This document shows, piece by piece, positions 53,426 to 62,081 of a stretch of DNA of 64,000 nucleotides. Position numbers and translations under genes: made by a program. Positions within the stretch are counted from its first letter, which is position 1. Each line of letters opens with the position of its first letter. The notes under the pieces are model-generated. The model saw only the letters and a program-made list of their open reading frames with translations, had not been told where the DNA came from and ran no database searches. Source of the stretch: Burkholderiales bacterium (GTDB lineage: Bacteria > Pseudomonadota > Gammaproteobacteria > Burkholderiales > JAEUOS01); contig JAEUOS010000192.1 in assembly GCA_016790695.1 (NCBI GenBank), forward strand, positions 13,064 to 77,063. The letters are read 5' to 3'.

Positions 53426-54260
53426 GCAGTTCGACGGTCATGGCGATGTCCCAGTCGCCGCCGCCGATGTGCGCGAGGCTGCCGTCGGCCAGATTGCGCT
53501 CGATGGTCGACAGCGGCAGCCACGCGACCCCGGCGCCGGAGAGGGCGAGCTCCTTCAGGATGAACACCAGCGGATCCTCGAACGGGCTCTGCACGCGCAC
53601 CGCGGGCACGCGGCGCGCGACCTCGTCGTCGACCGCGCGCCCGATGTAGGACGAGCGTCCGTACGGGAGGTACGCGAGCGCCGTGCCGGCCGCGACCGGC
53701 AGCGCGAAGCCGGGGCTGCCGCGCCGCTGCGGCGCGCAGACCGGAACCATCGGCTCGTCGGCGATCTCGATCGCGTCGAGGCGATCGAAGCCGGCGGGTC
53801 GCGGCAGCGCCGGATGCCGGTACGACAGCGCGAGGTCGGCTTCGCCGCCCGCGTACAGCGCGGCCACCTCGTCGATCGCCTTGACCGCGCCGCGGCCGAT
53901 CAGCGGGCCGATCTCGCGGTTGAGCCGGGCGAGCAGCGCCGGAAAGAATCCGGCCGAGCATGCGGTCGGCATCAGGAAGTCGACCGTCGGCGCGGTGTCG
54001 GCCTGCCGGGCGCGCACCGAGGCGCGGAAATCGAGCAGCGGCTCGACGCTGCCGACCGCGATCGGCAGCAGCTGCTGGCCCGCGGCGGTGAGTTCCACCG
54101 GCCGCGCGCCGCGGTCGAACAGCGGCGTGCCGACCCAGTCCTCGAGGGCCTGGATGCGGCGGCTGAACGCCGACTGGGTGACGTGGCGTTCCGTCGCCGC
54201 GCGCGAGAAGCTGCCGGTGCGCACCAGGGCCAGGAAGTCCTGCAGCCAGTAGAGCTCCAC
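53292..54260 (-). CDS. LysR-family transcriptional regulator
   Basis: 322 aa; MELYWLQDFLALVRTGSFSRAATERHVTQSAFSRRIQALE HTH. Lies 9 nt downstream of the crotonase gene. Confidence 0.9.
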   Translation of the reverse strand: MELYWLQDFLALVRTGSFSRAATERHVTQSAFSRRIQALEDWVGTPLFDRGARPVELTAAGQQLLPIAVGSVEPLLDFRASVRARQADTAPTVDFLMPTACSAGFFPALLARLNREIGPLIGRGAVKAIDEVAALYAGGEADLALSYRHPALPRPAGFDRLDAIEIADEPMVPVCAPQRRGSPGFALPVAAGTALAYLPYGRSSYIGRAVDDEVARRVPAVRVQSPFEDPLVFILKELALSGAGVAWLPLSTIERNLADGSLAHIGGGDWDIAMTVELLRRRTPLPAAAEAVWALLARGAPPLRAPPHTARVVPHPRAPARG

Positions 54261-54269
54261 CGCGCGCGC

Positions 54270-55046
54270 CTACTTCCGGTTCTTCAGGGCGGCGGCGCGC
54301 GCGGCGCGCGCCTCGGGGCTGGCCGAGGCGAGCGCGATCTGGTCATGCGCCATGTAGCCGCTGACGTGGTTCAACGCCAGCGCGGCGGCGTTGACCGATT
54401 CCTTGCTCATGCGCACCGCCGCGGCCGGCATCGCCAGCGTGCGCGCCGCCAGCTCGCGCGCCGTCGCCAGCGCCTCGCCCTTGGGCGCGGTGTAGTCGAC
54501 CAGGCCCATGGCCAGCGCCTCGGCGGCGCCGAAGCGCTCGCACAGGATGGTCGCGCGCTTGGCCCGGGCGGGCCCGAGCAGGTTGACCAGGCGCGGGATC
54601 GTGCCCCAGGTGAGCGGGATGCCGAGCGCGATCTCGGGCAGCGAGACGAAGGCGTCGTCGGCCATCACCCGCCAGTCGCAGGCCAGCGCGAGCGCCAGGC
54701 CGCCGCCGATCGCATACCCCTCGATGGCGACGATGGTGATCTGCGGCAGTTCCTCCCAGGCCTTGCACATGCGAAAGCCGGTGCCGGCGACCTCGCGGCG
54801 CGCGACGGTGGACAGCGACTCGTCGGCCCAGGCCGCCGCGTCCTTCAGGTCGGCGCCGGCGGTGAAGCACACCGCGTCGCCGGTGAGGATCACCGCGTCG
54901 ATGTCGGTGCGCTCGGCGAGCGCGCGCGCGCAGGCGGTGAGCTCGCGCATCAGCGCATGGGACAGGGCGTTGCGCGCGGCGGGGCGGTTCAGGCGCACCA
55001 GCGCCAGGCGCGGCGCGAATTCGACGATCAGGTGGACGTAGCTCAT
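54270..55046 (-). CDS. Enoyl-CoA hydratase/isomerase (crotonase) family
   Basis: ATG at 55046 by codon count (258 aa). RLNRPAARNAL, FTAGADL, GYAIGGGLALALACD. Confidence 0.85.
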   Translation of the reverse strand: MSYVHLIVEFAPRLALVRLNRPAARNALSHALMRELTACARALAERTDIDAVILTGDAVCFTAGADLKDAAAWADESLSTVARREVAGTGFRMCKAWEELPQITIVAIEGYAIGGGLALALACDWRVMADDAFVSLPEIALGIPLTWGTIPRLVNLLGPARAKRATILCERFGAAEALAMGLVDYTAPKGEALATARELAARTLAMPAAAVRMSKESVNAAALALNHVSGYMAHDQIALASASPEARAARAAALKNRK

Positions 55047-55057
55047 GGCGCGTTCCG

Positions 55058-56047
55058 TCAGTCCGCCTTGATGCCGAGCTCGCGCGCGAGCTGCCCGTAG
55101 CGCTGGTGGTCCGCCTTCATGAAGTCGGCCAGCACCTGCGGCGCGCCGCCGAGGAGGTCGAGGCCGGCGCCGGCCAGGCGCGCGCGCACGTCGGGCATCT
55201 GCAGCACGGCGTTGAATTCCTGGTTGAGCCGCGCGACGACGGGCGCCGGCGTGCCGGCCGGGGCGAGCACGCCGTACCACGCATTGACCTCGACGTTGGC
55301 CACGCCCTGCTCGGTGGCCGTCGGCACCTCCGGCAGCAGCGCCGAGCGCGCCTTCTCGGTCACGGCCAGCGCGACCAGCTTGCCCGAGCGGATGTGCGGC
55401 ACCGCGCCGCCGAGGCCGGTGAACAGGAGCCGCACCTCGCCGCCGATGGCCGCGGTGATCGACGGGCCGACGCCCTTGTACGGCACGTGCAGCAGGTTGA
55501 TGCCGGACGAGCGCTTGAACATCTCGCCGGCGAAATGCATCGGCGAGCCGTTGCCCGGGCTGCCGTAGGGCAGGCCCGGCTGGGCGCGCGCGATGTCGAG
55601 CGCCGCCTTCAGGTTGGCGGCGCCCAGTTGCGGATTGGCGACCAGCACCAGCGGCGTGGTGGCGGGCGCGATCACGGGCGCGAGATCCTTGTGCACGTCG
55701 ACGCCGCCGCCGGCGCCCGGCGCGAGCACGTGCGGGGAGATCACCATCGTGTTCGGCGTGAGCAGCAGGGTGTGGCCGTCGGGTGCCGCCTTGGCGACCG
55801 CGCCGGCGCCGATCAGCGCGCCGGCGCCCGGGCGGTTCTCCACCACCGCGCCCTGGCCGAGGCGGGCGGCGAGCTTCTCCGCGATCACGCGCGCGGCGAT
55901 GTCGGGACCGCCGCCCGGGGGGAACGGCACGACGATGGTGAGGCCCTTGGTCGGGAAGGTCTGGGCGTGCGCGGCCGCCAATGGCAAGGCGGCCGCCGGG
56001 CAGCACAAGGCGACGAGCAGGGTGCGAGAACGCAGGAGACGATTCAT
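55058..56047 (-). CDS. Bug-family (TctC-like) substrate-binding protein
   Basis: ATG at 56047 by codon count (329 aa). Signal peptide, VVPFPPGGGPDIAAR, NRPGAG, PDGHTLL, YKG. Confidence 0.9.
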   Translation of the reverse strand: MNRLLRSRTLLVALCCPAAALPLAAAHAQTFPTKGLTIVVPFPPGGGPDIAARVIAEKLAARLGQGAVVENRPGAGALIGAGAVAKAAPDGHTLLLTPNTMVISPHVLAPGAGGGVDVHKDLAPVIAPATTPLVLVANPQLGAANLKAALDIARAQPGLPYGSPGNGSPMHFAGEMFKRSSGINLLHVPYKGVGPSITAAIGGEVRLLFTGLGGAVPHIRSGKLVALAVTEKARSALLPEVPTATEQGVANVEVNAWYGVLAPAGTPAPVVARLNQEFNAVLQMPDVRARLAGAGLDLLGGAPQVLADFMKADHQRYGQLARELGIKAD

Positions 56048-56069
56048 CGACATTTCCGGGGCAAGGGAA

Positions 56070-56097
56070 GGCGAATAGGAAGGACGGCGGATTCGCC
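56070..56097. promoter_or_regulatory. Inverted repeat GGCGAAT-N14-ATTCGCC in the divergent Bug/Bug promoter region
   Basis: Perfect 7-bp arms at 56070-56076 and 56091-56097, 23 nt upstream of the minus-strand Bug ATG. Confidence 0.3.
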
Positions 56098-56221
56098 GGA
56101 GGGCGAAAGATACCGGCAATCCGCAGGCTGCGCTACGCCGGGCCCGTGACAGCAAAGGCACATGCCGGCACGGCGAATTGTGTTGAAATGGACCTGGCAC
56201 TCGCACCCCGGGGAGAGGCAA

Positions 56222-57211
56222 ATGCACACCATGTTGACGCGCCGTCGTTTCGTCGCCAGCGGTACCGCTCTGGCGGTCGGCGCGGGCGTTGGTCCGGCGC
56301 TTGGGCAATCCGCTGCGTGGCCGACGCGGCCGGTCCGCATGCTCGTGCCTTTTCCTCCGGGAGGCGGTGCCGACTTCATCGCGCGCATGCTCGGCCAGAA
56401 GCTGGCCGAAATCTGGGGCCAGCAGGTGCTTGTCGACAATCGCCCGGGGGCGAGCACGATGATCGCGCACGAGGCCGTCGCCAAGGCCGCTCCCGACGGC
56501 TACACGCTGATCCTTGCGGTGAGCAATCACGCCAGCAACCCGGCGCTGTTTTCCAAAATCCCCTACGACACGGTCAAGGACTTCACGCCGATCACCGTCG
56601 TCGGCAGCGCGCCAATGGTCCTGGTGGTCAATCCCCGCCTGCAGGCCAGGACCTTGCAGGAGTTGCTTGCCGCGATGCGCGAGAAGCCAGGCAGAATGAG
56701 CTATGCCTCTGCGGGCAATGGCAGTGTCGGCCACCTTGGCGGCGAACTCCTGAAACAGCTTACCGGCGTGGACATGGTGCATATCGCCTACAAGGGCACC
56801 GGACCGGCCGAACTCGACCTGATCGGCGGCACCGTCGACCTGATGTTCACCGGCATGGTCACCGCCGTGCCGCAGATCAAGGCGGGCAAGATGCGCGGTG
56901 TCGCCGTCGGCAGCCTGATGCGCTCCAGCGCGCTTCCGGAGTTGCCTTCGATCAGCGAGGCCGGCGTACCGGGATTCGAGTCGAGCATCTGGTACGGCCT
57001 GCTCGGCCCTGCCGGCTTGCCGCGCGAAATCGTGGCGAAGGTTCATGCCGACACACTGAAGGTGCTGCAGTTGCCCGACACCCGCAGTCGGCTCTTGAGT
57101 CAGGGCGCGGAAGCCATCGGCAGTACCCCGGAGCAGTTCGCACGTCAGATCGAGGCCGAGATCGCCAGGTGGATCAAGCTGGTCAAGGCGGCGGGCATCA
57201 AGAGCGAGTAG
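56222..57211 (+). CDS. Bug-family (TctC-like) substrate-binding protein
   Basis: ATG at 56222 after GGGGAGAGG (329 aa). Tat-like TRRRFV signal, LVPFPPGGGADFIAR, NRPGAS, PDGYTLI, YKG. Confidence 0.9.
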   Translation: MHTMLTRRRFVASGTALAVGAGVGPALGQSAAWPTRPVRMLVPFPPGGGADFIARMLGQKLAEIWGQQVLVDNRPGASTMIAHEAVAKAAPDGYTLILAVSNHASNPALFSKIPYDTVKDFTPITVVGSAPMVLVVNPRLQARTLQELLAAMREKPGRMSYASAGNGSVGHLGGELLKQLTGVDMVHIAYKGTGPAELDLIGGTVDLMFTGMVTAVPQIKAGKMRGVAVGSLMRSSALPELPSISEAGVPGFESSIWYGLLGPAGLPREIVAKVHADTLKVLQLPDTRSRLLSQGAEAIGSTPEQFARQIEAEIARWIKLVKAAGIKSE

Positions 57212-57216
57212 CCGCG

Positions 57217-57834
57217 ATGCGGAGCGTCGAATTCTTCTTCGATTTCTCCAGCCCATGGACCTACATGGCGTTCAGGCAGATCGAGCCCCTGTGCCGGGAA
57301 TGCGCGGCGCAACTCGTGTGGAAGCCCTTTTACGTCGCCGCGGTGTTTCGCGAGATCAATCACAACGTCGCGGACATGCGCGCGCGGCCGGTGCCGGCGA
57401 AACTGGCCGCCTACGCCACCGACATGGCGCGCTGGGCGGCGCGTCTGGGCATACGCATCGCGCGGCCGCCGGTGTACGGCGGCGGCTCTGCGCCCCTGAA
57501 CAGCGCCCGGGCGCTGCGCGGCGCGTTCGTCGCGATTGACGCAGGGCGCATCTCCGCTTACGCCGAGGCGGTGTTTCGCGCCTATTGGGAGGAACTGCGC
57601 GACGTTTCCGACGCCGCTGTTCTCGCGGAACTGGCTGCCTGCGCCGGGCTCGATCCCCATCAATTCGCATTGGCCGTCGAAGGCCGGGACTGTCGCGAGC
57701 GCCTCGCCGCCAACACCGACGAACTGATCGCGCGTGGCGGCTTCGGTACGCCCACGTTCTTCGTCGGCGGCGCCGAGATGTTCTTCGGCAATGACCGGCT
57801 GGATTTCGTGCGCGAGGCGTTGCTGCGTCAGTGA
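57217..57834 (+). CDS. 2-hydroxychromene-2-carboxylate isomerase / DsbA-like thioredoxin-fold protein
   Basis: 205 aa from MRSVEFFFDFSSPWTY, with C-terminal GGFGTPTFFVGGEMFFGNDRL. Confidence 0.8.
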   Translation: MRSVEFFFDFSSPWTYMAFRQIEPLCRECAAQLVWKPFYVAAVFREINHNVADMRARPVPAKLAAYATDMARWAARLGIRIARPPVYGGGSAPLNSARALRGAFVAIDAGRISAYAEAVFRAYWEELRDVSDAAVLAELAACAGLDPHQFALAVEGRDCRERLAANTDELIARGGFGTPTFFVGGAEMFFGNDRLDFVREALLRQ

Positions 57835-57855
57835 TCGCCGGCGCGAATCGGCGCG

Positions 57856-58380
57856 CTAGGCGTCGCGGGCCGCCGGGCCGGCGACGCTGATTGCCACCGG
57901 CAGGTGGCGCTCCTCGCAGTCGAGCGGTCCGCCGCACTGCCATTGCAACATGAGGAAATCGGCGTTCTCGCCCAGCGCCGCCAGCGGGCTGTGCCACACC
58001 CCGGCGTTCCAGACGATGCCCTGCGCGCGAGTGCCGATGAATGCCTGGAGGGCGGACAGGTCCGGTTCGCCATCGGTGCGCACCGGGCAGGCGCAGACCA
58101 GGAAACCCGCGCCGGAATTGGGGTAGAACAACTGCGGCGACAGCGGGTGGCGCTCGATCACGGTGACGGTGAATGGCAGGCTGCTCTGCGCGATCCGATA
58201 GACGGCGCTGTGCAGGCGGCTGGCGCGGGCATCATGGGTCGCCAGATCGAGCGCGGTATCGAAGCGCTCGGCGCGGCCCTGGTTGGCGGTGCTCGCATGT
58301 CCACCGGCTTCGAGCACCCGGCCGAACGGCGCGAACGCCGCCGCAGTCAGCAGCGCGGCGCGAATGGTGCGGGCTGGCAC
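57856..58380 (-). CDS. allA: Ureidoglycolate lyase (AllA) family protein
   Basis: GTG at 58380 is the only plausible start (174 aa). FAPFGRVLE, ERHPLSPQLFYP and GVWHSPL align with E. coli AllA blocks as I recall them. There is no clear Shine-Dalgarno. Confidence 0.7.
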   Translation of the reverse strand: MPARTIRAALLTAAAFAPFGRVLEAGGHASTANQGRAERFDTALDLATHDARASRLHSAVYRIAQSSLPFTVTVIERHPLSPQLFYPNSGAGFLVCACPVRTDGEPDLSALQAFIGTRAQGIVWNAGVWHSPLAALGENADFLMLQWQCGGPLDCEERHLPVAISVAGPAARDA

Positions 58381-58415
58381 GATACGGCCGGTGCGCGCGC
58401 GGAGGATTCGGAGGA

Positions 58416-60098
58416 CTACTTGCGCGATTTCGCGCGCAGGCCGTCGATCGTGGTCTGGGTGGTGATCGCGTTCGGATCGATCACCACCTCGATCACCGCG
58501 GGCTTGCCGCTCGCCACCGCGCGCTCGAGCGCGCCGGCGAACTGGCCGGTCTCGGTGACGGTCTCGCCGTGCGCGCCGTAGGCGCGCGCCAGGGCCGCGA
58601 AGTCCGGATTGGTGAACGAGGTGCCGTGCACGCGCTCCGGATACTCGCGCTCCTGGTGCATGCGGATGGTGCCGTACATGCCGTTGTTGACGATGACGAA
58701 GATGACGGCGAGCTTGTGATGCACCGCGGTCGCCAGTTCCTGGCCGTTCATCATGTAGCAGCCGTCGCCGTTGAACGAGACCACGGTGCGCCGGCGGTCG
58801 GCGACCTTGGCGGCGACGCCGGCAGGCACGCCGTAGCCCATCGAGCCGGCGGTCGGCGCGAGCTGGGTGCGCAGACCCGTGTAGCGATGGAAGCGGTGCA
58901 GCCAGCCCGCGAAATTGCCGGCGCCGTTGGTGAAGATGGTGTCCTCGGGCAGCGCCGCCTCCATGGCGCGGATCACCTCGCGAAGGTCGACCTTGCCGGG
59001 CATGCCCGGGTAGGCGCTGCCCTGCCAGGTGTCGTAGTCGGCACGCGCGGCGCGGGTGGCGGCCGCGTACGGGACCGCCGCCGGCCGGCCCAGCGCGGCG
59101 GCGGCGGCGGCGAACTCGTTCATGCCCGAGGCGATCAGGAGCTCGCCCTGGTAGACGCGGCCGAGTTCGTTCGGATCGTTGTGCACGTGGACCAGTCGTT
59201 GCGCCGGCACCGGCGGGGTCAGCAGCGTGTAGCCGGACGTGGTCATCTCGCCGAGGCGCGCGCCGATCGCGAGCACCAGGTCGGCCTCGCGGATGCGCTT
59301 GCCGAGCGCCGGGTTGACGCCGATGCCGACGTCGCCCGCGTAGTTGGGCAGGCGGTTGTCGTAGAGGTCCTGGAAGCGGAACGCGCAGCCGACCGGCAGG
59401 TCGAAGTTCTCGATGAAGGTGCGCAGGTCGGCGACGCCCGTCGCGTTCCAGCCGGCGCCGCCGAGGATGACCACGGGGCTGCGCGCGCCTTCGAGCAGCG
59501 TCTTCAGGCGCGCCATGTCGGCCGGATTGGGCGAGGCCTGCACCACCTTGTAGGCGCCGGCGTCGGCCACCGTCGCGACCGTGGTCAGCATGTCCTCGGG
59601 CAGCGCCAGCACCACCGGGCCCGGGCGTCCCGAGACGGCGCAGTGGAACGCATGGCTCACGTACTCGGGGATGCGGTCGGCGCGGTCGATCTGCGCCACC
59701 CACTTGGCCATCTGGCCGAACATGCGCCGGAAGTCGACTTCCTGGAAGGCCTCGCGCTCGACCTGGTCGGAGGCGACCTGGCCGACGAACAGGATCATCG
59801 GGTCGGAGTCCTGAAACGCGGTGTGCACCGCGATCGAGGCGTTGGTCGCGCCCGGCCCGCGCGTGACGAAGCAGATGCCGGGCTTGCCGGTCATCTTGCC
59901 GTAGGCGCCGGCCATGAACGCGGCGCCGCCGTCCTGGCGCGCGACGATGAGCTCGATGGATTCGCGCGCGCCATAGAGCGCGTCGAGCACCGCGAGATAG
60001 GACTCGCCGGGCACGCAGAAGGCGTGGCGCACGCCGTGGATCTTGAGCTGGTCGACGAGGATCTCGCCGCCGGTCCGGGAAGGGAGTGCGTTGTTCAT
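58416..60098 (-). CDS. Thiamine-diphosphate-dependent enzyme (acetolactate-synthase-like, COG0028)
   Basis: ATG at 60098 by codon count (560 aa). GVRHAFCVPGES, CFVTRGPGATNA, and the ThDP motif GDGCYMMNGQEL...NNG. ATGA overlap with the upstream cupin. Confidence 0.9.
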   Translation of the reverse strand: MNNALPSRTGGEILVDQLKIHGVRHAFCVPGESYLAVLDALYGARESIELIVARQDGGAAFMAGAYGKMTGKPGICFVTRGPGATNASIAVHTAFQDSDPMILFVGQVASDQVEREAFQEVDFRRMFGQMAKWVAQIDRADRIPEYVSHAFHCAVSGRPGPVVLALPEDMLTTVATVADAGAYKVVQASPNPADMARLKTLLEGARSPVVILGGAGWNATGVADLRTFIENFDLPVGCAFRFQDLYDNRLPNYAGDVGIGVNPALGKRIREADLVLAIGARLGEMTTSGYTLLTPPVPAQRLVHVHNDPNELGRVYQGELLIASGMNEFAAAAAALGRPAAVPYAAATRAARADYDTWQGSAYPGMPGKVDLREVIRAMEAALPEDTIFTNGAGNFAGWLHRFHRYTGLRTQLAPTAGSMGYGVPAGVAAKVADRRRTVVSFNGDGCYMMNGQELATAVHHKLAVIFVIVNNGMYGTIRMHQEREYPERVHGTSFTNPDFAALARAYGAHGETVTETGQFAGALERAVASGKPAVIEVVIDPNAITTQTTIDGLRAKSRK

Positions 60099-60745
60099 GG
60101 GTCGATGAATTCGTCGGCGAATATCTGGTACGACTGCGTCTTCGGCTTGTCCGCGTCTTCCGGCCGGACATAGCGGATCGAGCTCCTGCCATGGCAGCTG
60201 CGCGGCAGGATCATCACGCGCGCGAAGGCGGACGGCTCGTCGCGGGAGGCGGCAGCATACACGGGATCGGGGCCGGCCTCGAACCACGCCTCGCCGGGTC
60301 CGTAGGCGTGCGAGCCGCCCTGGGTGTCGATGCGGATGCCGCCGGCGATGAGGCAGCGGATGCCCGGGCCCTGGTGCACATGGGTCAGCGCCTCGCCGCC
60401 CGGAGGAAAGTCGACGCGGTCGCAGCGCATCAGGACGTCGGGCGCGGGCAGGTCGATCGGCGCCTCGAGGGTGAGGCTGGTCGCCGCGCAGGGCGCGGCC
60501 GCAGCGGCGGCCGCGGCGCCCGCCAGTTCCCAGCGCAGCACCCGCGCCCCCGCCTTGCCGGCGACGATGGTCGCGCCGGTCGCGCCGCACCAGGCGCCGT
60601 TGGCGTCGAGCGACGCGGCGGCGCCGCCGGCACGGACGATGACCGATCCCGCGACGACGTAGAGCGCGCACGCGCGCGGCGCCAGGGTGCCGCCCTCGGC
60701 GGCGGCGAAGCGGTCGGTGTGGAGCCGCAGGCGATGGGTCGGCAT
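60095..60745 (-). CDS. Cupin domain protein
   Basis: ATG at 60745 (216 aa). C-terminal cupin motif PPGGEALTHVHQGPGIRCLIAG. Confidence 0.6.
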   Translation of the reverse strand: MPTHRLRLHTDRFAAAEGGTLAPRACALYVVAGSVIVRAGGAAASLDANGAWCGATGATIVAGKAGARVLRWELAGAAAAAAAAPCAATSLTLEAPIDLPAPDVLMRCDRVDFPPGGEALTHVHQGPGIRCLIAGGIRIDTQGGSHAYGPGEAWFEAGPDPVYAAASRDEPSAFARVMILPRSCHGRSSIRYVRPEDADKPKTQSYQIFADEFIDP

Positions 60746-60834
60746 GGTCGGTTTTCCCGGGATGACGGACCGGCAGTTTATCCGCGCGCGGCCTAGAATC
60801 CTCGCCTCCGCTCCGGCGCCCCCGACCGACCGCC

Positions 60835-62004
60835 ATGAATCCACGTCCCCTGGAAGGCATCACCGTCATCGCCCTCGAACACGCGATCGCCGCGCCGTTC
60901 GCCACGCGCCAGCTCGCCGACATGGGCGCGCGGGTGATCAAGATCGAGCGCCCGGGCGTCGGCGACTTCGCGCGCGCCTATGACGCGCGCGTGGCCGGCC
61001 TGTGCTCCCACTTCGCCTGGGTCAACCGTTCCAAGGAGAGTCTGGCGCTGGATCTCAAGGACGCCGCGGCGCGCGAGGTGCTCGCGCGCCTGCTCGAGCG
61101 GGCCGACGTGCTGATCCAGAACCTGGCGCCGGGCGCCACCGCGCGCATGGGGCTCGACTACGCGAGCCTGAAGGAGCGCCATCCGCGCCTGATCGTCTGC
61201 GACATCTCCGGCTACGGCGGCGACGGGCCGCAGCGCGACAAGAAGGCCTACGACCTCCTGATCCAGAGCGAGGCGGGCTTCCTCTCGACCACCGGGACGC
61301 CGGAGGAGCCGGCCAAGGCCGGCATCTCGATCGCCGACATCGCCGCCGGCATGTACGCCTACACCGGCATCCTCAACGCCCTGATGCTGCGCGAGAAGAC
61401 CGGCACGGGCTCCGCCATCGATGTCTCGATGCTCGAGTCCCTCGCCGAGTGGATGAGCTTTCCGCTGTACTACGCGTACCAGGGCGCGAGCCCGCCGCCG
61501 CGCGCCGGCGCCAGCCACGCCACGATCTACCCGTACGGGCCGTTCCGCGCCGGCGACGGCAAGCGCGTGGTGCTGGGCCTGCAGAACGAGCGCGAGTGGG
61601 CCGCGTTCTGCGCCGAGGTGCTGCGCGACCCGGCCCTTGCCGGCGACATGCTGTTCGACAGCGTGGCCAAGCGCTCCGCCAACCGCGAGGCGCTGCGCGC
61701 GATCATCGAGGCCGCGTTCGAGCCGCTCTCGACCGCGGAGGTCGAGGCCAGGCTCGACGCCGCCGGCATCGGCTACGGCCGCATGAACGACATGGCGGGG
61801 CTGTGGGCGCATCCGCAGCTTGCGGCGCGGAAGCGCTGGCGCGAGGTCGAATCGCCGGTCGGCCCGATCCCGGCGCTGCTGCCGCCGGGAACCTCCTCGG
61901 CGTTCGAGGCGCGCATGGACCCGGTGCCGGCCTTGGGCGCGCATACCGAGGCGATCCTGCGCGAGATCGGTTGCGACGCAGCATGCATCGCGCGGTTGAC
62001 CTGA
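60835..62004 (+). CDS. Family III CoA-transferase (CaiB/BaiF)
   Basis: 389 aa; GITVIALEHAIAAPFATRQLADMGARVIKIE, AYDLLIQSEAG, ADIAAGMYA. Confidence 0.9.
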   Translation: MNPRPLEGITVIALEHAIAAPFATRQLADMGARVIKIERPGVGDFARAYDARVAGLCSHFAWVNRSKESLALDLKDAAAREVLARLLERADVLIQNLAPGATARMGLDYASLKERHPRLIVCDISGYGGDGPQRDKKAYDLLIQSEAGFLSTTGTPEEPAKAGISIADIAAGMYAYTGILNALMLREKTGTGSAIDVSMLESLAEWMSFPLYYAYQGASPPPRAGASHATIYPYGPFRAGDGKRVVLGLQNEREWAAFCAEVLRDPALAGDMLFDSVAKRSANREALRAIIEAAFEPLSTAEVEARLDAAGIGYGRMNDMAGLWAHPQLAARKRWREVESPVGPIPALLPPGTSSAFEARMDPVPALGAHTEAILREIGCDAACIARLT

Positions 62005-62017
62005 GGTAGACTGATTT

Positions 62018-62033
62018 TTAACGACCCGGTTAC
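62018..62033. promoter_or_regulatory. Candidate TetR-type operator O4 (TTAAC-N6-GTTAC)
   Basis: tTAACgaccCGGTTAc, starting 6 nt after a TAGACT -10-like hexamer (62007-62012). It lies 49 nt upstream of the SBP ATG. Confidence 0.5.
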
Positions 62034-62081
62034 CTGCACGCCGGGCAGACCCCGTGCCGAGTCCACCCCGAGGAGATGCAC

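Noticed and set aside
58416-62004. Reading the ThDP enzyme plus family III CoA-transferase as an oxalate module (oxc/frc)
   Set aside because: The ThDP protein resembles the generic ALS-like/COG0028 type (CFVTRGPGATNA, GDGCYMMNG) rather than my recollection of oxalyl-CoA decarboxylase. The CoA-transferase is about 30-40 aa shorter than Frc as I remember it. The two genes are divergently transcribed. This remains possible but unsupported.
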